Below, in pieces: positions 23,388-35,677 of a stretch of 39,919 bases of DNA (the first letter of the stretch is position 1; every line of letters starts with the position of its first letter). This DNA is from Octopus sinensis (lineage: Eukaryota), in assembly GCF_006345805.1 (NCBI RefSeq), contig NW_021835619.1:1-39919 (forward strand). The letters run 5' to 3'. The notes beneath the pieces are model-generated. The model did no database searches and had not been told where the DNA came from. It worked only from the letters and a program-made list of their open reading frames with translations. The translations under genes and the position numbers were made by a program.

Positions 23388-23650
23388 TTATACACATTAA
23401 CTCTTACACAAGCACATACAAAGACTAACTAATAATGGGTATATGTGTATGTGTGTGCATATGCAAACACACACACACACACACACAAACGCACATAAAA
23501 ACAGACACTAATATAACCGAGTGTATGTGTGCATACGCGTACACACACACACACCACACAAATATATATACACAAGTTCATACAAACACACAACAATTTA
23601 TACATACATATATGTGTGTGCGTGCGTTTATTAGTGTACATATGTATGCG

Positions 23651-23681
<31 letters not shown>

Positions 23682-23764
23682 CCACACACAAATGAACACA
23701 TTCACACGCCTCCGTATATTTATATAAACGCACACACGCGCACGTGTGTGTACCAGTGGCGCCA

Positions 23765-23812
<48 letters not shown>

Positions 23813-24568
23813 ACTAGGCAACCGATGCACACACGCATACTAAGCAGCGCATAGTTTTAAACTAATGCAAGTGATAAATGATCACACACACACAACACAC
23901 ACACAAGTGCGCGTCCGGCATGCAGAAATACACCCATCACTATATACACACACACACACTATTTGATATCACGTGAAATGCGTGTGTGTAAGCGTGTATA
24001 GACTAGTAAAAACGTGTTGTACACTATAGGTGAAGGGATATCATGATGTTATATCTATGCGTATGCACGCAAACACACAAAACGCGCGCACACGCACATA
24101 GCTATACGCAAGCATATATATACATATATATCCATATATATACACGCACATTGCTTTATCACATGTGCGCGCCAGTATGTGTGTGTGTGCTCGTGTATAT
24201 ACATAAAACACGCACACACACACACACACTGATATCCAGTGATATCGCACAAGTTATGTGTATACATATATACACATACATACACACAGCAATTTATTAT
24301 ATCACGTGAGTGTGTATATATATTATAGCAAACGCATGCATATAACGTGCTACGTTACAGTGTGTGTGTGCGTTCGAGTACGTGTGTGTGTATACTAGTA
24401 CAAAGTAAACACACACACACATATACATACATACATATACACACACACACACACACAGAGAGCAAATGATCACGTGAATGTGTGCGCAATTCGACACATG
24501 CATATATACACTAAAACACGCATGTGCTCATTTATACACGCATAAAGCTGATATGTGATATACAGGAT

Positions 24569-24615
<47 letters not shown>

Positions 24616-24867
24616 TTACTTTGTGTGTGTGTGTGTGTGTACGTGTGTGTGTGCGTGCGTGTCCCATAAGTTCGTCCGAGTATAAAACAATAAACGTGTT
24701 TAAAATGCTGTTTGGTAAACGGGACACACACACACACGCGCACACACATAGAGAAACAGTGGAACTAGTAAGAATTTACAAATACACACACAAAAAAACT
24801 ATCACGTGAGTTCACACACAACACACACCACATATATATATATACACATATGCACACACGTGCTCGA

Positions 24868-24903
<36 letters not shown>

Positions 24904-25085
24904 TATATATATATATACACACATAGATATAGATATATACATACACACACTATCACACAGAAAACTAAACGCCGGTTACTTTACGCACACTAAGTTCGTA
25001 TGATAACCATACTAATAAATACACACGCACGCACACACATATACGCACGTGAGCACGTGCGCACACACACACACACATGCGTTAT
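21805..25085. repeat. About 3.3 kb mosaic alternating purine-pyrimidine low-complexity region
   Basis: Interleaved (CA)n, (TA)n, (TG)n and (CACG)n tracts with short unique spacers. Confidence 0.85.
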
Positions 25086-26219
25086 TGTGATATCACTGAT
25101 ACAAACACCTATTCACATTGAACAATATACTCACGCATAAACACACATATGCACACACTTTGAATAATAACCGTATGAGCCTTGCGGTGTTGAGCGCCGA
25201 GCCACAAGTTACCGGGTTCAAACTGAGCCAAAGGGTGTGGATCCTTTTCTTTCTTTTCCCCGGTGCGATGAAATAAAAATACCAGTAAGCCACTGAGGGT
25301 TAAAGAAACGCCTTTAACTCTTTGACCAAAGTTGCTAAACACACTTTGGATACTTATAAACACGCACAAACACACACATTGTTTTAAGCAGTCATAGAAA
25401 CGCATACCCTCTTTCACACATACACACAAATTCTGCTCCAGTATGGCCGTAATCTGAATTTCTAAAAACCTGTAAAAAGACCGTAAAATGACAGATGCAC
25501 ACGCACTGAAATACGCACACAAAGAGTGCTCCAGCGTGGTCGCAAGCTGAATATTCAAACTCGAAGAACACACACACACACTGCACAAAGGCGCGCACAC
25601 GAACACACACGCGGGCGCGTATTTTCTGAGCACGCGCTGTAAACCTGTACAAGCAGTAGATGTCGAGATCCTTGACAAGCGGTTCCAGCGACCAAGGATC
25701 AAGTTCTGACTGCGGCCCTATTCTTTTTGTACTGCAGTAATATACACCACGGAGAGGCATGAATGTCACAAAATGCACTCGGTTTCTAAGGGATGTTTTG
25801 TGTGTAGTTAACAAACGGCCAAGTTATTGCTTATATAAGTAAAAAAAAAAAAAAAGCAACCATTATGTGGTCTATATACGTGCTAGAAAGAGCAGCCATT
25901 TCTCCCTCAGGACATACATTAATTACGGTTTTACTCACCACCACTAAAATGACAAAATTGTGAATGTGATCTTCGGTGTTGCACACATAGGGCAATTGGT
26001 GGGACTGTCACGGATAGAAAGCCGGTGAGCACTGATCTCGTTAATCAGGACTGGCTCGTGATCAAATCGTTATTATTGATTACATGACCGGCTCATGGGG
26101 TAAATAGCTATACACCGACACATGCACACTTACACACATCCATATACATATGCTCAGGCATACATGTATATAGAATGCCAGTGCTCCAGCATGACCACAA
26201 TTGTAGGACTGAAACATAG

Positions 26220-26266
<47 letters not shown>

Positions 26267-26469
26267 CACACACACATACACTCGCATATAAACACACACA
26301 CATATATAAATATATATATATATATATACAAACACATACAGACACACGTACATCATAACACCGCACATGCATACTCACACAGAAATATATATATATATAT
26401 ACATATACTCAGATAGATAGATGGATAGATAGATAGATAAATAGATAGATAGATAGATATGGATAGATG

Positions 26470-26509
<40 letters not shown>

Positions 26510-26563
26510 TGGATAGATGGATAGATAGATAGATAGATAGACAGACGGATAGATAAACAGATG

Positions 26564-26639
<76 letters not shown>

Positions 26640-26721
26640 CATAGAGATATAGATAGATAGATAGACAGACGGATAGATAAACAGATGGATAGATAGATAG
26701 ATAGAGATCGATAGATAAATT

Positions 26722-26759
<38 letters not shown>

Positions 26760-26850
26760 CAGACGGATAGATAACAATGGATAGTAGAAGATAGATGATA
26801 TACATAGAGATATAGATAGATAGATAGACAGACGGATAGATAAACAGATG

Positions 26851-26900
<50 letters not shown>

Positions 26901-26983
26901 CAGATAAACAGATGGATAGATAGATAGATAAATAGATAGATAGATAGATAGATAGATAATATATAGATTAGATAGATAGATAT

Positions 26984-27016
<33 letters not shown>

Positions 27017-27095
27017 ACCTAAATACTAAATTAAATTGAAATTCAAAATATTACCAAAACACCCACACAAAATCCCCATTCAAGTTAATAAAGTG

Positions 27096-27137
<42 letters not shown>

Positions 27138-27593
27138 GCCCGCATATACACTGTAATACACACACTGTTGTCAAGACAACGGGCGTGTTTATAAATACCA
27201 AGTGAGTCTGTGTATGTGAGTATGTTTGTGTATGTGTATGTGTGGGAATTTGCGCATGTGTGTGTGTGTGTGTGTGTAAGTGTGCGTATGTGTTGTGTTG
27301 GAGCGACTGCAATTGTGTTCGGTGTGTGTGTGCGCGTGCGTGTAATATGTAGATCTGGACACGCGCGCACAAAAGTCAGGAACACCACGTGAGAAATCGA
27401 ACACACGCACGCGCACACACACATATTGAGATGTATTGATATCACGTGAATGAATGCATATTGCACTGTGTGTAGAGAGCCCGTGCGTATACGTGTGTGT
27501 GTGTGTGTGTGTGTATATATACACACACATAATATATATATATATATACATATATAAAACACACACCAACAACCGATGAAAGAGATCACGTGA
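22912..27593. promoter_or_regulatory. Homotypic cluster of TCACGTGA extended E-boxes (candidate enhancer)
   Basis: TCACGTGA at 22912, 23051, 23969, 24302, 24470, 24802, 27442 and 27586; none seen elsewhere in the window. Function is inferred only. Confidence 0.35.
26411..27015. repeat. (GATA)n array with higher-order variant blocks
   Basis: About 600 bp of GATA with a recurring GACAGACGGATAGATAAACAGATGG block. Confidence 0.95.
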
Positions 27594-27699
27594 ATACAAA
27601 TACAAAGAGTGTATATATATATACATATATATATATATGTATATATACATATAATGTGTATTGTGTATAGTATGTATTTATATCTAGTACACAGCTGTT

Positions 27700-28990
27700 T
27701 AAAAAATATAGAGACATAGCTGATACATACACACACGTACCTAACCCACACACATATATATATATTATATATATATATATATACGCAAGAACGCGTTATT
27801 CAAGTTCATTTTATTTAATATGGGACGGTAGCGTATGTATAATTTACACATATTTCCTTGCACCGTGTATATATAATTATACACGCACAAATACGAAACA
27901 CCAGAAGTAAATAATATTATGAGTTGAAGTTGTACACACATATGTGCGTGGACACGTACACACACACACACACACATATGCATACATACACACAGGCGTG
28001 CATAGAAAAGTACATATACTTTTTATACAAACATATACACAGATACTATATACGCATACATACATATTAAGGCCATACTGTATATAATATACACACACAC
28101 ACACACACATTGAGTCAAACATATTGCACATATACATTCTAAACACCACACACACATATATATATATATAAGACACACACATACAGAAATGTATGTATAC
28201 AGATGGAAGTGTGTATAAGATAAAACACAGACGAATCTACACACGCGTGGTCTACACAGTTAACGGTGTAAAAATATAAACGTACAAAATTACACACAAT
28301 ATATATACACACACACACGCAAACACCTCTTAAACTGCCCATCAGACGCACACACAGACACATACATACATCCATATATATATACATATATATATATGCA
28401 CACATATATATACGCACACATGCACACACACACACGCAGCACCCCTCCCCGCATGCCTTGCACTTTTAAGATGTCACATGATTCTCCACTCCGAATCATG
28501 ATCTCAACTGAGACAAGGAAGTTACACTTGCTAACACGATTGTCACAATACACACGCCAGGCACTGTGTACGTGTGTACGTGTACCTGCGTGCGTGTGCG
28601 TGTGTGTGCACATTAAGCATATATAATATATATATATAGATATATAGATATAGAAATATAGATATATAGATATAGAAATATAGATATATGAGTAGATGGA
28701 TAGATGGACAGGCGCGCACACAATGTATTTGTACAATATGAAGATACGTGGAGTGAAACAGACATGCATACACACGTGTGTTATAGAGTACAGACGGACA
28801 CACACACAAACACACACATCGCACATACTGTAGAAGAGAGAGAGAGAGATAGATACACACACACAACACTATATATATATATATATTATATATATATCTA
28901 TATATATATATATATATAATATACCTATATATTATATATGTGTTTGATAGAGACCACACTCTTCTACTAGCCTCTCTCTCTCTCTCTCCC

Positions 28991-29025
<35 letters not shown>

Positions 29026-29290
29026 GTATATATTATATATATGTGTGTGTACATATATACACACGCACTTAGTATGTACGCGGTTGATGGGTGAAATACA
29101 CATAAACACACATTTAAATCTACTCTCTCCCTTACACACACACACACACACCACACATAAATACACACAAAGGGAAACTCGCGAACCAAAGCAAAACTAG
29201 AACACACACATAAACATGGAAACGCAATCACACACACACACACAAATGCTTGCACTAACCACACACACACACACACACACACACACTCAG
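27700..29290. repeat. Mosaic (CA)/(TA)/(GA) microsatellite region
   Basis: Direct reading of the sequence. Confidence 0.85.
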
Positions 29291-29396
29291 CTGCTAAAAG
29301 AATCCGAACCTCGACTTGAGAATGTAAATCCGACGATGGTCATCTGGCGATGAAGAAGGAGGGAATTTTGCGCGTCACTTTTGAAATCGTATGCGG
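29291..29396 (+). other. Candidate exon (106 nt)
   Basis: Unique island; acceptor (CA)n-CTCAG and donor CGG|GTATGT. All frames have stops; ATG at 29350 is open to the donor. Confidence 0.3.
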
Positions 29397-29791
29397 GTAT
29401 GTACGAGTACCTTGTTGTTATTTGATGTTGTCTAGTCCCCTGTCAGTGCCGTTCGGACGAGCCTAGGATCGAATCGCGTTCTAGCTGTCACCGTCCCATC
29501 TTTTCTTTTCAACTTGTATTTTTTTTTCAATTCTTACTGTCATCCGTTCTTAATTTGTTAACATGTTTCTTGTATATATTATTAGCATGCATTCCGTGGA
29601 GGCTCTATGCTATACACATACACACACACGCATATATATATAGACACATATGAATCGTAGCATCTTCATAAGTATGTGTGTGTATGTATGTATATATAAT
29701 ATATATGCATATGTATAAATAGATACACACACACATATACATATATATATAAATATAATAGAGCTGTCCATGTTTGGCCGGAAATTATATA

Positions 29792-29844
<53 letters not shown>

Positions 29845-30000
29845 ATATATATATAAATACCAAATAAAAACATAAATACATAAATAGACATATATAGATA
29901 GATAGATAGATAGATAGAGATAGATAGATAGATAGATTAGATAGATAGATAGACGTGTACTTTCTATACATTTGACAACGAAGCATACATATGTTGTGTA

Positions 30001-30037
<37 letters not shown>

Positions 30038-30569
30038 CCCATTATCGTACAATAAACTGGGAGTGTGTGTAATCGCTGTAGAAAATTTCTGATGGAGAAA
30101 TATATATTAATCTATCCATTTTACTCATGCAGCTGTTGTCACGGCTGGACCGCTTTTACACCTATGCATATACGTACACAGAACAAATAATACACACACA
30201 GCTATATATATAAAAATGTGTATATATATATGTTGTATGTATGTATCCCAGATTTCCGAATGTAGGGAGGTGCTCTTAAAATTTGCCTTTATCGCCGTAG
30301 CACTGACCGAGTTCGCTAAGTGGAACTAGGCCAAACATGAGAGAGGAAAAGAAGACTTGGAATCGATAGAAATGACAACAGACCGACACACACATACGGG
30401 CATACAGAACATTAATATACACATGCAATATCATAGTTATACTATATTAATATATATCATATTATATTATATTATATTATACATATACGGTTGCGTATGG
30501 TTGTGGGTGTATGCTAGCGTGTGGGCACGTGCATATAGATTTCTGCTCTGGCGCCTATCCGTATTCCAG

Positions 30570-30763
30570 GCGCATACGAATATCTCTGATGGTGCGTCGA
30601 ACCACGATATATTTCAATGTGACAGTCGAGGTTTTAAACGGTGCTAGTTCAATTGGATATCGGGGTGTTGTTCCTGGCCCATTACGAAACGGATGCCAGA
30701 GAGTCGGTTGGATTTCGAACCGAAACCGAAAAACACAATGAACCACAGAAGATATAATACGAG
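30570..30763 (+). other. Candidate exon (194 nt)
   Basis: Acceptor TTTCTGCTCTGGCGCCTATCCGTATTCCAG, donor GAG|GTATGT; CpG-rich unique island. Confidence 0.4.
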
Positions 30764-30974
30764 GTATGTGTTATCTATGTCCGTACATTTACACACACAC
30801 AACATATACACGCGTGCATGTAAAAGCGTTAGATTTAGGCATTATTAACACATATTACACGCATAGATATATTTACATATATATGCACTAATTTATATAT
30901 ACACAAAGATACACGAATACATACATAGACACACATATATACATACAGCTGTATCATATATTTATACATGCTCA

Positions 30975-30980
30975 CACAGC

Positions 30981-31011
<31 letters not shown>

Positions 31012-31275
31012 TACATACACACACATACACACAAAGCTATATTATATATATGTATATACACACACAAACAGCTATATATTATATATATACACACACAAAG
31101 CTATATACCATATATATTTATACACAGAGCTATATCATATATATTTATACACAGAGCTATATATCATATATATATATACACACACAAAGCTATATTATAT
31201 CATATATATTTATACACAGTTATATATCATATGTATACACACAGAGCTATATATCATATATATATATACACATAC
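30975..31275. repeat. Variable-length minisatellite anchored on AGCTATA
   Basis: About 9 units of roughly 25-40 bp resembling ACACAGAGCTATATATCATATATATTTAT. Confidence 0.85.
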
Positions 31276-31828
31276 ATACATACATACATACATACAAACA
31301 CACACGCACCGGCAAAGAGAACAGAACACAATATATAAAGCAAAGTACACATTGCAATGCGTGTGTGCGTATATATTTGAATGAGTGTGTGCGTATGTGG
31401 GTGGTGATGGTTTGCCCACTCCATCGCTTTTCTAAGGCAGTTATTCTTCTATTCATCGACCGACCCCTACCGACAGAACGATAAGCAAAAAATGAAACCG
31501 AGAATATTCGAACCCAGAATACAGATCTACAAATCGATGCATATTTACCTCTTCACTCGGATAAGCGAACCACAGCACAGTAAAACCGGCACGTTTTGAC
31601 AACTTTCAACGCAGCGGTCACCGTTCTATTATCACATGTGAATAAATAGCCAGGGCCCCGCTTCTGACATTGTTGTACGATAGCTAGGTCGGGAGTCGAA
31701 CCCCTAGTAATTTCTTGGAAATATGACGAAACAGGAAGTGGATCCCGAAAGGGATTCGAACTTGCATATTCCCCTTTTCCGAATGGATCGTGATTTAGTG
31801 CAGTTCTCGCCAGTTTCTTCCGTTGCAG

Positions 31829-31934
31829 ATGCATTCGACATGTCCAAATGATACATCCGTCCACTCCTCCTTGTCGTTTGTGCTCCACCCTTTGACTAGG
31901 GACACTCGGGTATCGCAACTGATCTTGACTGTGT
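31829..31934 (+). other. Candidate exon (106 nt)
   Basis: Acceptor TTCTCGCCAGTTTCTTCCGTTGCAG, donor TGT|GTGAGT; phase-0 frame open (MHSTCPNDTSVHSSLSFVLHPLTRDTRVSQLILTV). Confidence 0.3.
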
Positions 31935-32049
31935 GTGAGTGTGCGTGTACACACACACACACACACACACACATTCCGGCGGATCTTTTTCATTTTCTTC
32001 ACTTTTAGGAGGCAGGGCATGTAACTGGTACTAACGTATACACACACAC

Positions 32050-32080
<31 letters not shown>

Positions 32081-32254
32081 GAAAAAAGGAAGAAAAAAGA
32101 AAAAGGAAAAAAGGAAAGAAAAAGGAAAAGAAGGGAAAAAGGAAGGAAAAAGAAAAAGAAGTAAAAGGAAAAAAAGAAAAAAAGAAGAAGGAAGAGGAGG
32201 GGAGCAAAAAAGGAAGGAAAAAGAAAAAGGAAAAAAGGAAAGAAGAAAAAGAAT
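32050..32254. repeat. About 200 bp polypurine tract starting with (GAA)n
   Basis: Almost exclusively A/G on the plus strand. Confidence 0.95.
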
Positions 32255-32377
32255 AGCATCACTGTTTTCACTGGTCGGTATAACGGAGTCCAACCAAGCC
32301 CATCACGTATCTATTCCGGTTACTCGGGGACCTGTATTTATGATATGAGAGATGAGAAGAAAGGATCGATGATATAC

Positions 32378-32480
32378 CTGCGTTGGAAATTCAGCTGTCG
32401 CTGCTCCCTTTTTCTTGGAGGAAAAGATCCCTGAGAGTGCTCTCCCGTGATCCCTTCTCACGGCACAGAGTTAAGCGATT
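32378..32480 (-). other. Candidate non-coding exon (103 nt)
   Basis: Strong acceptor CTTCTCCTTTCTGTCTTTCCCGATCCTTCGCAG and donor CAG|GTATAT; stops in all three frames. Confidence 0.35.
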
Positions 32481-33102
32481 CTGCGAAGGATCGGGAAAGA
32501 CAGAAAGGAGAAGAGGAGAGGAGAAAGAGAGAGAGAGAGAGAGAGAGGCAGGGACTTCTTTCTACCGATTGACTTTCCCAACTTGTGAAGATAATCAATC
32601 CATCAACCCGCTGAATATTCCGCAGACATGTGTATGGTTAACGGAATTTCTTCGGATAAAAGAGATGGGGAGAAAAAGAGACGGACACACACACACAGAT
32701 GTAGGAAGAGTTTGGTGGTGGTGGGGGTGGGTTCGGGGGGAATTGATCCCTGTACGGAACAGGCGCTTTTTTAATTTTTTTAATTTTTATTACCAATAAT
32801 GAAGAAAAAAGGCTAATTGCGGCAGGAATTTGTTCCCAGACCGCGAAGAAGAGGAACAATAAATGCAAGGAATTCTATCGGATGCCCTAATGATTCTGCG
32901 AATTCAAAAGAATCGAACCCCTGTACTGAGCTGGTTCTATATATCAACACCGTAAGCATTTGTATGGTAAAGTTGACCCCGGCGCGCTCTGAATTCAAAG
33001 CGCACAGCGCGGGGACAATTAGCGCAACACAAGGAATTTTCTATGATGCTCTACCGATTCTCTTGCAAAAGAATATAACTAATTAATATAAAATGGTAAT
33101 AA

Positions 33103-33472
33103 GGCGGCGAGCTGACAGGAGCATTAGCACACCGGCCTTCTTTACGTTCTGAGTTCAAATTCCGCTGAGGCTGGCTTTGAATTTCATCCTTTCGGGGTCG
33201 ATAAATTAAGTACCAGTTACGCACTGGGGTCGATATAATCGACTTAACCCGTTTGTTTGTCCCCTGTGTGTTTAGCCCCTTGTGGGTTGTAAAGACATAA
33301 GTATTTCGTCTGTCTTTACGTTCTGAGTTTAAATTCCGCCGATGCTGACTTTGCCTTTCATCCTTTCGGGGTCGATAAATTAGGTACCAGTTGCATACTG
33401 GAGTCAATCTAATCGACTGGCACCCTTCCCCAAAATTTCGGGCCATGTACCTAGAGCAGAAAAGAATATAAT
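33103..33472 (+). mobile_element. SINE family A, dimeric, ending in tail 2
   Basis: Head, core and tail 1, then a second B-box/core unit ending CCCCAAAATTTCGGGCCATGTACCTAGAGCAGAAAAG. Confidence 0.88.
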
Positions 33473-33639
33473 ATGGCAATTTATATAGTCCTGTCTCATT
33501 CGAACTCCCTATCTTTGGGAATTATATAGGAAGTCCCCTCTTTGGGAATTATATATTTTTTCTCCGACAATGTCAGAGACGTTAATACGAAGATCGAAGT
33601 TTCAATCTTCGCGTCTGTAAACTAACAGATCATATAGAT

Positions 33640-33975
33640 AAGCATGGCTCTGTCTTTAACGAGTTCGCTTTGCCACCCTACAGTCTCAGGTTCGGTCCTA
33701 CTGCGTGACACCTTGAACAATTTCCTTTTAATTTAGACCCGATCCAATCAAAGCTTTGTGAATGAACCTGGAAACCACGGATAAGTCCATCGTGTATATC
33801 GCACACACACACACACACACACACGTGTTGGTTTGTTTGCGTTCTCCTCAGCGAAAAGGAACTGATAAAAAAAATACCAGAATTTTAAAATAAGCATTGC
33901 GGGGGTGGATATCGATTTGTTCGGCCAAAAGCCCTATCTATCAAAGCGGTATTCCAACATGGCCGCAGCACGAGG
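33640..33975 (+). mobile_element. Old or diverged SINE family B variant
   Basis: GGTTCGGTCCTACTGCGTGACACCTTG...(CA)n...AAAGCGGTATTCCAACATGGCCGCAG. Confidence 0.6.
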
Positions 33976-33994
33976 AATATAAAAGATAGAATCG

Positions 33995-34400
33995 CACAAG
34001 GCCAGTAATTTGGTGGGAGGGGGTAAGTCCATTAACTCGACCTCAGGTGCTTAATTTATCGACTCCGAAAGGATGAAAGGCAAAGTCGACCTCGGCGGAA
34101 TTTGAACTCAGAACAATCCTCGGACACACGAAATGCCGCCAAACATTTTGCCCAGCGTGCGAACGATTCTGCCAAATTACCACCTTTTCCCCTTCGCTAA
34201 TACCCTTTCTTCCATAGGCGCACAACGCCTGAAGATTGATAGGTGGTGGGGGTGCGAATACCCGATTACTCCGACTATAGTACTCGACTGGTATTTATTT
34301 AAACCGACCCCCGAAAAGATGAAAGGCAAATTGGACGTCGGCGAAATTTGAACTCAGAACGAAATACCACTAAGCATTATTTCCCGGCGTGCTAACTCTT
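33995..34400 (-). mobile_element. Two tandem SINE family A copies with tail 2
   Basis: Each has GAAAGGATGAAAGGCAAA...TTTGAACTCAGAAC and ends in a (GG)CACAAGGCC-like tail. Confidence 0.75.
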
Positions 34401-34639
34401 TACCTTAATAGCTGCTCTCCCTCCTTCGCTAATATCGTTAATGCTAAATACCTTAACCTCAAAACGCCCCCCTTTTCCCCCCACATTTTTCTGGATGAAA
34501 AGGAATTAATTGATTTCGACCTAGTTACAGTTACTTTTCTTTGGATTGCGCCACAACCCATGACCAAAAGCGATGGGAGACGGCTGAGCACCGCCACAAC
34601 CTCTCCTTGTTACTGGGAATGCATTGTCTAATTATCTGC

Positions 34640-35230
34640 ATATCTATTTGTATTTATTTGTATGTATCCATCCATTTATTAACTTGCATATCTAACTGTA
34701 TCTAACCCGCATATCTATTTACCTATCTATCTATCTATCTATCTATGTATCTATCCATCTAATTATCTATCAGTCTATCTATCTATCTATCTACGTATCA
34801 ACCTACCTATCTAACAACGTATCTATCTAATTTATCTATCTACATGCCTACCTACCAATCTATATATCTATTTACAAATCTATCTATCTATCTATCTATC
34901 AATCTACCAATCTATCTATTTCTCACTCTATCTATCTACCAACCAGTCTATCTATCTATCTATCTATGCCTGGCTTTCATATCTAACTTGCTCGCCTGTT
35001 TTCTTATAACTATCAATGTGTCTCAGTTGCATGTCTCTCTCTCAATGTATTTAACTTGTACATTTGCCTGTGATAGGAATCTAACTTGCGCGTCTTTCTA
35101 ATTATCTATCTGTCTAACTTGACTAATACACGTATCTGTCTATCTCCGACTTGCTGTCTAACTATAAACTTGTATAATCTAACTCGCATATCTGTCGAAT
35201 TATAAGCAATCTGCATACCTGTCTAACTAT
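34640..35230. repeat. (TCTA)n array degenerating into TCTAACTTG-type units
   Basis: Direct reading of the sequence. Confidence 0.8.
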
Positions 35231-35293
35231 ATAAAATCCTCCGCACACACACATTCTCTCTCTCCCTTTCATACACACACACACACACACACA

Positions 35294-35354
<61 letters not shown>

Positions 35355-35394
35355 GCAATACTTCTATGTAGTTAGCTCCTTTCTCTATGTAAGT

Positions 35395-35436
<42 letters not shown>

Positions 35437-35624
35437 AAGATTGCTTCGCATCGACGACCCCTCCTTAGTGAATCCGTTTCCTGCAGTTTCGTTCCACTGG
35501 ATCAAAGTCACTTCTCATCACACGACGGAAGGAAAAACATTGCAGATAGAGAGAAAAAAAAATTGGCGTAAAATCTACGAGAATGAGAAAAGAATATCTC
35601 ACGTCCCTTTCCTATCGAACACAA

Positions 35625-35643
35625 TAATAATAATAATAATAAC

Positions 35644-35677
<34 letters not shown>

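Noticed and set aside
26353-26805. ORFs with (YLSI)n repeats
   Set aside because: Translation of the (TATC)n strand of the GATA array.
28486-28500. Right half of the 8 bp hairpin CATGATTC-TCCACTCC-GAATCATG (about 28477-28500)
   Set aside because: Too short to be distinguished from chance and has no supporting context.
30975-31275. Regularly spaced AGCTATA repeats resembling a CRISPR array
   Set aside because: Spacers are near-identical microsatellite, the context is eukaryotic, and no cas genes are present.
32079-32348. Lys/Glu/Arg-rich ORF, and the Phe/Leu/Ser-rich ORFs on the opposite strand
   Set aside because: Direct product of the polypurine tract.
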